Source: a bacterium (GTDB lineage: Bacteria; UBA8248). Taken from it: DNA of 64,000 nucleotides. The stretch is taken from contig OZ244799.1 of the NCBI GenBank assembly GCA_965219955.1, forward strand, positions 224,001 through 288,000, given 5' to 3'. The notes below the pieces were generated by a model. It saw nothing but the letters and a program-made list of their open reading frames with translations. It did no database searches and was not told the DNA's origin. Shown here piece by piece: positions 53,293-62,442 of the stretch; position 1 is the first letter of the stretch, and each line of letters opens with the position of its first letter. The position numbers were made by a program, and so were the translations under genes.

Positions 53293-54855
53293 TTACAACG
53301 GTATGTTTCCGTGTTTTTTCCGCGGCCTGTCCTCGCGCTTGTGAGCGGTCATCTCGAGCGCGCGGATGAGCGCGCCCCTCGTGTGGCGCGGCTCGATGAT
53401 GACGTCCACCAGCCCGTATTTCGCCGCCGTATAGGGCTTGGCGAAAAGGTTGCGGTATTCTTCTATCTTCTCCTGACGGACCTTCTCGGGGTCCTCGGCC
53501 TCGCCGATCTCGCGCCGGAAGATGATGTTGGCCGCTCCTTCGGGGCCCATCACGGCGATCTCGGCGAACGGATACGCCAGTACGCGGTCGTAGCCCAGGC
53601 CGAACCCGCTCATCGCGATGTAGGCGCCGCCGTAGCTTTTTCTGACGATCAAGGCGACTTTCGGCACGTTCGCCTCGCTGTAGGCGAAGAGCACCTTGGC
53701 CCCGTGGCGGATGACGCCGCCGTATTCCTGCTGGGTGCCTGGCAGATAGCCGGGCACGTCCACGAAGTTGACGATGGGGAGGTTGAAGGCGTCGCAGAAG
53801 CGCACGAAGCGCGCGAGCTTATCGGAGCTGTCGATGTCCAGGACGCCTGCCAGATGCGTGGGCTGGTTTCCCACGACGCCGACGGGCTTTCCCCCCAGGC
53901 GCGCGAACCCGACGACGATGTTTTTGGCGAAATCGGCCTGAACCTCCAGGAAATCGCCGTCGTCGAAGACATTGGCCACCAGGTCGCGCACGTCGTAGGC
54001 CTGCGTGGCGTCCGCCGGGACGATACCGTCGAGTTCGGGGTTCTCATCCGGCGGCCATTCGGGCGTATCGGTACGGGGAGGGTCGTCCAGGTTGTTCGAG
54101 GGCAGGAAGGAGAGCAGTTTCTTCACCACCTGGAAGCACTCGCGCTCGTCTTTGGTGAGGAAATGCGCGTTCCCGCTCGTCGAGCTGTGTACCGCGCCGC
54201 CGCCCAACTCCTCGACGGATACGTCCTCTCCCGTCACGGCCTTGATGACCTCAGGCCCGGTGATGAACATCTTGCTCAGCCCGTCGACCATGAAGACGAA
54301 GTCCGTGATGGCGGGCGAGTAGACGGCCCCGCCCGCGCAGGGACCGAGGATGATCGATATCTGCGGGATCACGCCCGACGCCTGGGTGTTGTTATGGAAG
54401 ATTTGCGCGTAGCCGTGAAGCGCCAGGACGCCCTCGTGGATGCGAGCGCCGCCCGAATCGAGGATGGTGACGATGGGCGCGCCCGCCTTCATGGCGAGTT
54501 CCTGCATCTTCACGATTTTTTCGGCGTGCATCTCGCCAAGCGAGCCGCCGAGGGCGCCGAAATCCTGGGAGGCCACGAACACGAGCTGGCCGTTCACGTG
54601 TCCGCTGCCGGTGATGACGCCGTCCCCGGGGGAGCGCCGCGCGTCCATCCCGAAATCCGTGGCGCGCGTCTCGACGAAGAGGTTGAGTTCCGAAAAACTG
54701 TCGGGGTCGAGCAGGAGGTCGATGCGCTCCCTGGCGGTCAGCTTCCCCTGCTTGTGCTGGCGCTCTCTCGCCGCCTCGCCGCCCAGCGCCTGCGCCCGGG
54801 AGGTCAACGCTTTCAGTTCATCTATGGGATCCGGACTGTTCGGGTCGGGCGGCAA
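53293..54855 (-). CDS. Acyl-CoA carboxyltransferase subunit (methylmalonyl-CoA decarboxylase alpha / PccB-like)
   Basis: GKLTARERI, GPCAGGAVYSP, VDVPGYLPG, KKHGNIPL; TTG start after AGGAG. Confidence 0.95.
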   Translation of the reverse strand: MPPDPNSPDPIDELKALTSRAQALGGEAARERQHKQGKLTARERIDLLLDPDSFSELNLFVETRATDFGMDARRSPGDGVITGSGHVNGQLVFVASQDFGALGGSLGEMHAEKIVKMQELAMKAGAPIVTILDSGGARIHEGVLALHGYAQIFHNNTQASGVIPQISIILGPCAGGAVYSPAITDFVFMVDGLSKMFITGPEVIKAVTGEDVSVEELGGGAVHSSTSGNAHFLTKDERECFQVVKKLLSFLPSNNLDDPPRTDTPEWPPDENPELDGIVPADATQAYDVRDLVANVFDDGDFLEVQADFAKNIVVGFARLGGKPVGVVGNQPTHLAGVLDIDSSDKLARFVRFCDAFNLPIVNFVDVPGYLPGTQQEYGGVIRHGAKVLFAYSEANVPKVALIVRKSYGGAYIAMSGFGLGYDRVLAYPFAEIAVMGPEGAANIIFRREIGEAEDPEKVRQEKIEEYRNLFAKPYTAAKYGLVDVIIEPRHTRGALIRALEMTAHKREDRPRKKHGNIPL

Positions 54856-55008
54856 TGCGCGTCTCCTGAAAGTGTATATTGCATACAATCAGCTTTGGGC
54901 CGCAAAGTCAAGGGTTTTCAAATGCGCCGGAAAGGATTTTCGGGAGAGAATCGGCGCGGTGGGGTGGAGTTGGCGACTGGAAACGAGGGAATTAACTCTC
55001 CCCCTTGG

Positions 55009-55235
55009 GGGGCTGTTGAAAAAGCCTCGATGAACGAGGAATGGCGAATTATGGCCGCGCTCGCCGCGGATGAAAATTTCAACCGTAGGGGCGTCGAACT
55101 TCCCGAAGAGGGAAGTTCGACCGTGCCCGCCCGTATCGGGAATGTCTATGCCCGCAAGAGGCCTCGGACAGGCACGGAGGCCTGTCCCTACGGCGGACAA
55201 TCTCGAAGGTCGGATAGGGCTTTTTCAACAATCCC
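55009..55235. mobile_element. MITE with TGTTGAAAAA TIRs and REP cargo
   Basis: GGGGCTGTTGAAAAA...TTTTTCAACAATCCC interrupting a CCCCCTTGAGGGG palindrome; REPs at 55085 and 55166-55191. Confidence 0.7.
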
Positions 55236-55408
55236 TTGAGGGGAAGTCGAAGAGGCCGAGCGTTTTTTGCGAAGGCCGATTCGGTGGGGGGTAAAATGCG
55301 TTTTATCGCCACCCGAATTATCCCCCCACCGATTCGCTTGCGGGCTTGCGCCCTTAGCTCTTCGTCTGGCTTTCCCCTCGGGAAGCCAGACCCTCAAGGG
55401 GGGAGTGA
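55233..55408. repeat. About 170-bp cruciform repeat (TCACTCCCCCCTTGAGGGG family), copy 1
   Basis: Diverged reverse complement of 58133-58297. Confidence 0.8.
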
Positions 55409-55480
55409 ATATCCTTTCTTGTCGGTCGGAAATGACCCCTAGTCACTCGCGTTTGACCCCCTGAGCAACTCTCCGCTCCG

Positions 55481-55615
55481 CCTCACCCTGAGTAGCGGCG
55501 AAGCCGCGTATCGAAGGGCGAAGTTCGCGCCTGCCGGGGTGAAACGCGATTGATGAATAAGCGTTTGCGCTTCCCATCCCTCGATACGGCGCTTGCGCGT
55601 CTGCTCAGGATGAGG
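55481..55615. repeat. Inverted pair of CCTGAG...TCGAAGGG palindromic units
   Basis: CCTCACCCTGAGTAG..CGTATCGAAGGG ... CCCTCGATACG..CTGCTCAGGATGAGG. Confidence 0.7.
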
Positions 55616-55647
55616 AGGTTTCGCACGGGTCGCCAGGCAACGGATCG

Positions 55648-55727
55648 GTAGGGACAGGCCTCCGTGCCTGTCCTCACGAAGGACAACCACGAAAGGCAGG
55701 AGGACAGGCACGGAGGCCTGTCCCTAC
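55648..55727. repeat. REP doublet (REPIN-like)
   Basis: GTAGGGACAGGCCTCCGTGCCTGTCC and its exact reverse complement at 55702-55727. Confidence 0.85.
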
Positions 55728-55863
55728 GGCGAAAAATCTCGAAAGTCGGATAGAGTTTTTCAACAACCCCCTCAAGGGGGGAGTGAAGTTCTTCTCTCGT
55801 CGGTCTGCAATGATCCTTAAGCCTTAAGGAAATGTTGAAAAAGCCGGTAAGGCCGGGATTGCC

Positions 55864-55939
55864 GTCATTCCGGTATACGCCGGAATGACAAACCTTTTTC
55901 TTTCACTGGCGGAACAGGCCGCATATATGCGGCCCCTAC
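55864..55939. repeat. GTCATTCC...GGAATGAC palindrome plus a GTAG REP
   Basis: GTCATTCCGG-TATACG-CCGGAATGAC; GGCCGCATATATGCGGCCCCTAC is the reverse complement of the 12890 REP. Confidence 0.7.
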
Positions 55940-55963
55940 ACATGCGCCACCCGCCGGAATCGG

Positions 55964-56887
55964 CTAGGACGCCATCTCCCACTCGGGGATGCCCGCGTGG
56001 AGGAGCTGCCCCGGCAGCTGGCGGTTCAGGATTTTCTCCGCGTGGGCGACGGCTTCGAGCAGTTTCGGCAGGTCGACCCCGGTCTCGATCCCCATCTCGT
56101 GGAGCATGTTGATCGTGTCCTCGCTCGCGATGTTGCCGGTCGCGCGCGGCGCGAAGGGGCAGCCGCCCAGGCCGCCGATGGAGGCGTCGAACGTGTCGAC
56201 GCCGACTTCGAGGCCCGCCACCAGGTTGGCGAGACCGGCCCCTCTCGTGTTGTGGAGGTGAAGCGCATAGCGGACGGAGGGGAATTTGCCCCGAATGTGT
56301 TCGGTCAGTTTCTTGATTTCGGCCGGGTTCGACATGCCCACGGTGTCGGCGAGGCCGATTTCCCCGCAGCCCATATCCACGTATTCGCCGACCACCCACT
56401 CGACGTCCTCATAGGAGATGCGCCCCTCATACGGGCAGCCGAACGTGGCGACCACGCCGCCCCGGAGCTTGAGATCCGCATCCAGCGCCATTTTGGCGAC
56501 TTCGCGGGCGACGCCGAGCATCGTCTCCCGGCTCGCGCGGATGTTCTTCTGGTTGAACGTCTCGCTGGCGGCGACGAACAGCATGACGCCGTCGAGTTCG
56601 CACTCGAGCGCGCGCTCCATGCCCCGGACGTTGGGAACCAGGGCTTCATACTCGGCCTCGGGGCTGCGCTTGCACCCGGCCAGCACCTCCTGTGCGTCTT
56701 TAAGCTGCGGAACGTGCTTGGGGCTCACGAAACTCGTCACCTCGACCCGGCGGACGCCCGCGTCGGTGATGGTGTCAAGAAGCTTTATCTTGTCTTCGGG
56801 CGATATGTAATTCTTTTCGTTCTGGAGGCCGTCCCGCGTGCCTACCTCGACGATATCGACCTTCGTGGGGAGACTCATCGCATTCAT
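55964..56887 (-). CDS. Hydroxymethylglutaryl-CoA lyase family protein
   Basis: EVGTRDGLQNE, TSFVSPK, LADTVG, HLHNTRG, GLGGCPFAP. Confidence 0.93.
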   Translation of the reverse strand: MNAMSLPTKVDIVEVGTRDGLQNEKNYISPEDKIKLLDTITDAGVRRVEVTSFVSPKHVPQLKDAQEVLAGCKRSPEAEYEALVPNVRGMERALECELDGVMLFVAASETFNQKNIRASRETMLGVAREVAKMALDADLKLRGGVVATFGCPYEGRISYEDVEWVVGEYVDMGCGEIGLADTVGMSNPAEIKKLTEHIRGKFPSVRYALHLHNTRGAGLANLVAGLEVGVDTFDASIGGLGGCPFAPRATGNIASEDTINMLHEMGIETGVDLPKLLEAVAHAEKILNRQLPGQLLHAGIPEWEMAS

Positions 56888-56917
56888 TCTCCTGCGTAGG
56901 AAAAGGGATTGTTTTCG

Positions 56918-58021
56918 TTATACGGCGGCCCTCGCCATCTTCTCGACGCGGGCGGGGATGCCGACGGCTCCGTGCCCGGCCGCATCCGCCAGCGTGAACG
57001 CTCCGCCCGAAATGGAGTGGTGCCACGCGGCGTATGGCTCCTCATCGAGCAGATGGGCGAGTTCATGCGCTCTGTCGCAAGTCTCCAAAGACAGCGCGAG
57101 GGCGAAGCCCGCCGATTTCGCGATGTAGGATTCATAGGGCGAGCTCAGCAGGGCGGGCTTGCCGGCGGCGTCGAACACCCGCGCCACCTCCCAGGCGTTC
57201 CGGGGGCCGCCGAATTTCGCGATCTTGATGAGGCCGATGTCGACGGCATCCGCATCGACGAGGCGGCGCGCGTCGTCGATAGAGAACAGCGATTCATCCA
57301 GGGCGACCTGCATTCCCCGTGCGCGGATTTCCCTGAAAACGTCGAGGCATTTCTCCTCCGTGGGGAGTACGGGCTGCTCGAAGTGTTCGAGATCGATCTC
57401 GACCATCCTGTCCGTGAAGCGCAGGGCTTCCTCGGGCGAGTAGCCGCCGTTCGCATCCGTCCTGAGTTTTATATCGGGGCCGAACCGCTCGCGCAGCCGC
57501 ACGATGCGCTCGGCGTCCGCTTCCATATCGACGCCCGATTTCACCTTGAGGGTCCTGACGCCTTGTTCGACAAGCGGTTCGGCCTTCCTGACGGCTTCAT
57601 CGGGCGGGAGGAGGCCGATGGGGGCATCGAGGGTGACGGAGGCTCTCTTGTGCCCGCCGAAGACCTGGGAGAAGGGCGCCTCGTTGATTTTGGCGGACAG
57701 GTCGACGGCGGCGATTTCGAGCGCCGTGCGCGCGGCGCCCATGCTCCCAAAGTCCGCCACCTCATCGAGCGCGGCGAGCAGCTCATCCGCCTCTTTGCCG
57801 CGTATCCGGGGAGCCGCTTCGCGGAGCGTCGCCGCCATGTCCGACCCCGTTTCTTTGGTGAAATACATCAGCGGCGCCGCCTCGCCCCAGCCCTCTACGC
57901 CCGCATCGTCCGTCAAGCGAATCACGACGCGCTCCAGCGTCGATGCGCCCCCGTAGCGGTTCCTCGATCCCTGGTTGACTTCCACGGCGGTATCCCAAAC
58001 CGTTACTTCCTGAATCGGCAT
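56918..58021 (-). CDS. Enolase-superfamily enzyme, MLE/dipeptide epimerase subgroup
   Basis: GWGEA, KVK, DANGGY, EQP, DES, IKIAK. Confidence 0.88.
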   Translation of the reverse strand: MPIQEVTVWDTAVEVNQGSRNRYGGASTLERVVIRLTDDAGVEGWGEAAPLMYFTKETGSDMAATLREAAPRIRGKEADELLAALDEVADFGSMGAARTALEIAAVDLSAKINEAPFSQVFGGHKRASVTLDAPIGLLPPDEAVRKAEPLVEQGVRTLKVKSGVDMEADAERIVRLRERFGPDIKLRTDANGGYSPEEALRFTDRMVEIDLEHFEQPVLPTEEKCLDVFREIRARGMQVALDESLFSIDDARRLVDADAVDIGLIKIAKFGGPRNAWEVARVFDAAGKPALLSSPYESYIAKSAGFALALSLETCDRAHELAHLLDEEPYAAWHHSISGGAFTLADAAGHGAVGIPARVEKMARAAV

Positions 58022-58132
58022 GTACGTTGCTCCTTAATGAGAGAATGGAATTCTCATTCGACATAGGGTTATGAAATCACTCCCCCCTTGAGGGGGCTGT
58101 TGAAAAAACCCACAGAAGAAGCGCGCTAGATT

Positions 58133-58297
58133 TCACTCCCCCCTTGAGGGGGAGTCGAAGAGCTGAGGGCGTAAGCCCGAAAGCGATTCGGTGGGGGGTA
58201 TAATCCGGAATGGCGATAAAACGCATTTTACCCCCCACCGAGTCAGCCTTCGCACAAACCGCTCGGCTTCCTCGACTCCCCCTCAAGGGGGGAGTGA
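58133..58297. repeat. About 165-bp cruciform repeat, copy 2 (preceded by a partial copy and lone MITE end at 58077-58110)
   Basis: TCACTCCCCCCTTGAGGGGGAGTCGA...TCGACTCCCCCTCAAGGGGGGAGTGA terminal inverted arms. Confidence 0.85.
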
Positions 58298-58348
58298 TTC
58301 GAACCCTTCCTCCCCGGCCCGGGCCTTACACCTGCCCTCCGGCAACGC

Positions 58349-58870
58349 TCACTCGGGCGTATATATCCGGATGTCGGGCAGGGTGCGGTAGGCCTCGTCG
58401 CAGTCCAGACCGTAGCCGACCACGAAATGATCCTCGATGGTGAAGCCCACGTGATCCGCCTGTATCTCGGTCTCCCTCCTCGCGGGCTTGTCCATCAATA
58501 CGCACGTCCTGAGAGATGCCGGGCGCTTACCCCCAAGAATATCAATGGTTTTCGCAAACGTATGGCCCGTATCGAGAATATCGTCGATGAGCAGCACGTT
58601 CCGCCCTTCGAGGTCGCCCAGGTGTCTGGCGTCGATCTCCACCCGGCCCCTGCTTGTCGTGTTCGCGCCGTAGCTCGAGGCCGTGAGGAAGCCGAGCGTG
58701 GTGTTGCGCATGAGGGCGCGGGCCAGGTCGACGCCGAAGACAATCGCGCCTTTCAGAATCATGACGACGTGGATCGGCCCGTCGGGCAGCGCCTCGTTGA
58801 TCTCGGCGGCGAGTTCGGGCAGGCGGCTCTCGATTCGCGCCTGTGATATCAGAATCTCCTCAGCAGGCAT
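58349..58870 (-). CDS. hpt: Hypoxanthine phosphoribosyltransferase
   Basis: ILKGA, SSYG, VLLIDDILDTG, FVVGYGLD, YRTLP. Confidence 0.93.
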   Translation of the reverse strand: MPAEEILISQARIESRLPELAAEINEALPDGPIHVVMILKGAIVFGVDLARALMRNTTLGFLTASSYGANTTSRGRVEIDARHLGDLEGRNVLLIDDILDTGHTFAKTIDILGGKRPASLRTCVLMDKPARRETEIQADHVGFTIEDHFVVGYGLDCDEAYRTLPDIRIYTPE

Positions 58871-58873
58871 CGT

Positions 58874-60016
58874 CTACTCGAGCACGGCCAGCAGAAGGCG
58901 CTTCAGGTCCTCCTGGGTCGAGGGGACCGGGTTCGTGTTGACCTGGTGGCTCTCCGCCGCGTCCTTCGCCAGGACGTCCAGGTCTTCGTTCACCACGTCC
59001 GCCTCCCTCAGGCTGCCCGGAATGCCGATGTCCGTGTTGAGCTCGCGGATGGCGTCTATCGCCGCCTCGGCCGTGTTCGCCGCGCTCTCTTTCAGGAGCG
59101 GCGCCATGCGTGCGTAGGCGTCGCGCATGGCGGGGAGGTTGAACTCCATGACGGGCGGCAAAAAGATGCCGTTCGCCGTGCCGTGGTGCAGCCCGTGGTA
59201 GGCGCCCAGCGGATGCGCGAGCGAGTGCACGATGCCGAGGCCCGTGTTGGTGAAGGCGCGTCCCGCGAGCATGGCGGCCAGCGATATGGCGTCGGCCGCC
59301 TCGGGGTCCGAGGGGTCGTCCACATAGGCCCTGCCGTGCGCCCCGATTCGCGCGATGGACTCGAACGCGAGCGCTTCCGTCCACGGGTTCGAGGCGGGCG
59401 AGCCGACCGATTCGATGGCGTGGGTGAGGGCGTCCATCATCGCGCCCGCCGCGATGTGGGAGGGGAGTTTGGCCAGAAGGGCCGAGTCGACGACCGCGAG
59501 TTTCGCGAAAAGCGAGTCGTCGGCGAGCACCGTTTTGATCATGAGCTTCGTGTCCGTGACGATGGAGCTCATGGTGACCTCGCTGCCCGTGCCCGCCGTG
59601 GTGGGAACGGTGATGAGTGGCGGGCCGGGTTTCGTGGCCTTCCCGCGCCCGTAGTAGTCGCTCGGCACACCGCCGTTCGCGACGATGGCCAGCGTCGCCT
59701 TGGCGGTGTCCATCGTGCTGCCCCCGCCCGCGGCGATGAAGCCGTCGCACCCGTTTCCGTTAAAGAAATCGCGGGCCGCCAGGATGCTGGTGTCTGAGGG
59801 ATTCGCCTCGGCCTTGTCGTAGAACACATATTCGACGACTGAGTCTTCGAGGCCTTTCAGCACCGAATCGAGCGCCCCGCTCGACGCCAGCCCCGGGTCG
59901 GTGACGAGCATAGGCTTCGTCATTCCCAGGCCCTTCGCTTCCTCTCCGACCTGGGCGGCTTCTCCGCGGCCGAAGCGGACGCGCGGGCCGGATGCAATCT
60001 GGAACGCTTTCACCAT
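58874..60016 (-). CDS. Iron-containing alcohol dehydrogenase family
   Basis: GGGSTMD, VPTTAGTGSE, DALTHAIE, HSLAH...HG. Confidence 0.93.
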   Translation of the reverse strand: MVKAFQIASGPRVRFGRGEAAQVGEEAKGLGMTKPMLVTDPGLASSGALDSVLKGLEDSVVEYVFYDKAEANPSDTSILAARDFFNGNGCDGFIAAGGGSTMDTAKATLAIVANGGVPSDYYGRGKATKPGPPLITVPTTAGTGSEVTMSSIVTDTKLMIKTVLADDSLFAKLAVVDSALLAKLPSHIAAGAMMDALTHAIESVGSPASNPWTEALAFESIARIGAHGRAYVDDPSDPEAADAISLAAMLAGRAFTNTGLGIVHSLAHPLGAYHGLHHGTANGIFLPPVMEFNLPAMRDAYARMAPLLKESAANTAEAAIDAIRELNTDIGIPGSLREADVVNEDLDVLAKDAAESHQVNTNPVPSTQEDLKRLLLAVLE

Positions 60017-60046
60017 GAATACACTCCTTCGCTGCTCTTATGAGGT

Positions 60047-60667
60047 TTAAGGGAATTTACGAAGCATGCGTTCGTAATCTTCTTCCGTGTCGATGTCGAG
60101 AAACATATCATCATTGGGGAGTTCGAGAAAAACGATCTTGCCGGGAGATTCATTTTCCAGCCTCTGGATGATCCCCCTGCCGCCCGCATCTCCGCTCGCC
60201 TGAAGCAGTTCGTCTCTTAGGGAAGCGGAGAACAGCGCCGGGTTTCCGCGCCTGCCTTGGAATACCGGCGCTGCGACCAGGGCTTCGGGCCGGGACGCTT
60301 CATAGAGGGAAATCACCTCGTTCACAATTCCGGGCGTCAGCAGGGGCTGATCGCCCAGGACGAACAGATAGGCGCAGGCCTCCTCATGCGCCGCCTCGAT
60401 CCCCGCGATCATGCTCGTGCTCTGCCCCTCGGCGTAGCGGGGGTTGTGCGTGAGGCGCACATCGAGACCTTCCACGGCCTGTTTTACTTCTGCTTCCTCA
60501 TGGCCCGTCACGAGTATGACCTCGGATACGGTGCTTTCGAGCACCGCCTTCGCCGTTTTTCGGAGGACGGTCTCATCCCCCAGGGGCAGGAGAAGCTTGT
60601 TCCGCCCCAGGCGCTTCGATAGGCCTGCGGCGAGGATTATCGCCGTAATGCGGCGCGCGTCCGCCAT
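60047..60667 (-). CDS. MocA-like molybdenum cofactor cytidylyltransferase / NTP transferase
   Basis: ILAAGLSKRLG..KLLL, LGDQP, GNP, GDAGGR, DIDT. Confidence 0.85.
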   Translation of the reverse strand: MADARRITAIILAAGLSKRLGRNKLLLPLGDETVLRKTAKAVLESTVSEVILVTGHEEAEVKQAVEGLDVRLTHNPRYAEGQSTSMIAGIEAAHEEACAYLFVLGDQPLLTPGIVNEVISLYEASRPEALVAAPVFQGRRGNPALFSASLRDELLQASGDAGGRGIIQRLENESPGKIVFLELPNDDMFLDIDTEEDYERMLRKFP

Positions 60668-60898
60668 TCGAGTTCTCCGAAACAATAATAAGGCCTGAGT
60701 CCCGTCGGCATGGTAAGGAGGCGGGCTTTTAGATGTCAATTCCGGGCGGGCGGGGTTGTTGGAAAAGCCCCTGAGAAGGTAAAGGCAGCCCCCTGAAAGG
60801 GAAACCCGATAAAAGCAACCCCCCCTACCCCCCCTTGTCAGGGGGGTATAAAGAGGCGATGCGCCCCCGCCGGGCCGAGGGGGTTTTGCTTTTTCTTG

Positions 60899-62283
60899 GA
60901 GTTACGTTCAAAACTTGTGTATGGGCTGAATTGAAGAAGGCGGCGCATCCTGCTGAAATAGGGTTGTCCAAAGCCCGGTCATTCAGCACAAGGAGATGCG
61001 CCACCATGAGAGAAGATACGACGATTCCCTTGAGGAATCCAGCCTTACGAGACGAGTTGAGCGAACTGTTGCGCGCGGGCGCGCGACGAATCATCCGCCA
61101 GGCGGTGGAAGCGGAGTTGGCGGCTTATCTGGAAGAGCATGCGGGCGACCATGACGCGCAGGGCCGCCGCGCGGTGGTGCGCAACGGGTATCTGCCTTCT
61201 CGGGAGGTATTGACGGGTGTGGGTCCGGTGCGGGTTCAAGTTCCTCGGACGCGGGACAGGTCGGGCGCGGGGCGGCGTTTCCGTTCGGAGCTTTTGCCGC
61301 CGTATCTGCGCAAGACGCGGCGCGTGGAGGCGGTGATACCGTGGCTGTACCTGAAGGGGGTATCGACGAACGACTTCGGCGAGGCGCTCACGGCGCTGTT
61401 CGGCGAGTCGGTGAAGGGCTTGTCCCCGGCGAGCGTCTCGCGTCTCAAGGAGGGCTGGGAGCGCGAGTACTTACAGTGGCGCGAGCGGGACTGGGGCGGC
61501 GAGGAGTTCGCGTACTTGTGGGCGGACGGCATCTACGTGAACGTGCGCAGCGGGGAGCGGCGCTGTCTTCTGGTGGTCGTGGGCTGCGACGCGCGGGGCC
61601 GCAAGCGCTTCCTGGCCCTGGAGGCGGGGTTCCGTGAATCGAAGGAGAGCTGGAAGGCGGTTCTGCTCGGCCTGCGGGAGCGGGGGGTAAAGGCGGCGAA
61701 GCTGGCGGTGGGCGACGGGGGTCTGGGGTTGTGGTCGGCGCTGGCCGAGGTGTATCCCGAGACCCGGGCGCAGCGCTGCTGGGTGCACAAGACGGCGAAC
61801 GTTCTCGACAAGCTGCCCAAAAGCGCTCAGCGCGAAGCGCGGCCGATGCTGTACGAGATGTGGAGGGCGGAGACCCGCGAGCACGCGGAGAAGGCGTTCG
61901 AACGCTTTCTCGCCACCTGGGAGGCGAAGTACCCCAAGGCCGCCGCGTGCCTGGCGGGGGACCGCGAGGAGTTGTTCGCCTTCTACGACTTCCCGGCGGC
62001 GCACTGGCGGAGTCTTCGGACGACGAACCCGATCGAGTCGACCTTCGCCACGATCCGGCTGCGAACGGCGAAGACGAGGAACTGCCTGAGCGAGAAGACG
62101 GCGCTGAGCCTGATTCACCAACTCGCCATGAGCGCCGAGAAGCGATGGGGGCGGCTGGGCGGCCTGGGTCATCTGGCCGACGTGATCACCGACGTGAGGT
62201 TCATCAATGGGGTGAATGAAAAAGAAACCGGCAGGGAGGCCGCTGAACTCAAGACGGCCATACACAACATTTGACAGTAACTC
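60899..62283 (+). mobile_element. IS256-family insertion sequence, intact (1385 bp)
   Basis: IRs GAGTTACGTTCAAAACTTGTGTATGG / CCATACACAACATTTGACAGTAACTC; 9-bp TSD TTTTTCTTG (60890-60898 and 62284-62292). Confidence 0.93.
61006..62274 (+). CDS. IS256-family transposase
   Basis: RNGY, VPRTRDR, WADG, QRCWVHK, RTTNPIES. Confidence 0.96.
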   Translation: MREDTTIPLRNPALRDELSELLRAGARRIIRQAVEAELAAYLEEHAGDHDAQGRRAVVRNGYLPSREVLTGVGPVRVQVPRTRDRSGAGRRFRSELLPPYLRKTRRVEAVIPWLYLKGVSTNDFGEALTALFGESVKGLSPASVSRLKEGWEREYLQWRERDWGGEEFAYLWADGIYVNVRSGERRCLLVVVGCDARGRKRFLALEAGFRESKESWKAVLLGLRERGVKAAKLAVGDGGLGLWSALAEVYPETRAQRCWVHKTANVLDKLPKSAQREARPMLYEMWRAETREHAEKAFERFLATWEAKYPKAAACLAGDREELFAFYDFPAAHWRSLRTTNPIESTFATIRLRTAKTRNCLSEKTALSLIHQLAMSAEKRWGRLGGLGHLADVITDVRFINGVNEKETGREAAELKTAIHNI

Positions 62284-62362
62284 TTTTTCTTGCCCCCCTG
62301 ACAAGGGGGGGTAGGGGGGGTTGCCTTTCGACGAGGGAGGTCGGGGGTTCGCGCGAAAGTTT

Positions 62363-62432
62363 GTAGGGACAACCCCCTGTGGTTGTCCTTTGTAGAACAG
62401 GGCATCGGACAGGCACGGGGGCCTGTCTCTAC
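62363..62432. repeat. REP doublet between the two IS256
   Basis: GTAGGGACAACC..GGTTGTCC and GGACAGGCACGGGGGCCTGTCTCTAC. Confidence 0.75.
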
Positions 62433-62442
62433 CACCCCCTCC

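Noticed and set aside
54990-55960. CRISPR array or integron attC array
   Set aside because: Repeats are heterogeneous palindromes without constant repeat-spacer periodicity; no cas or intI genes and no cassette ORFs.
60835-61005. N-terminal extension of the first IS256 transposase
   Set aside because: It starts outside the IS left inverted repeat; ATG 61006 after AAGGAG is the plausible start.
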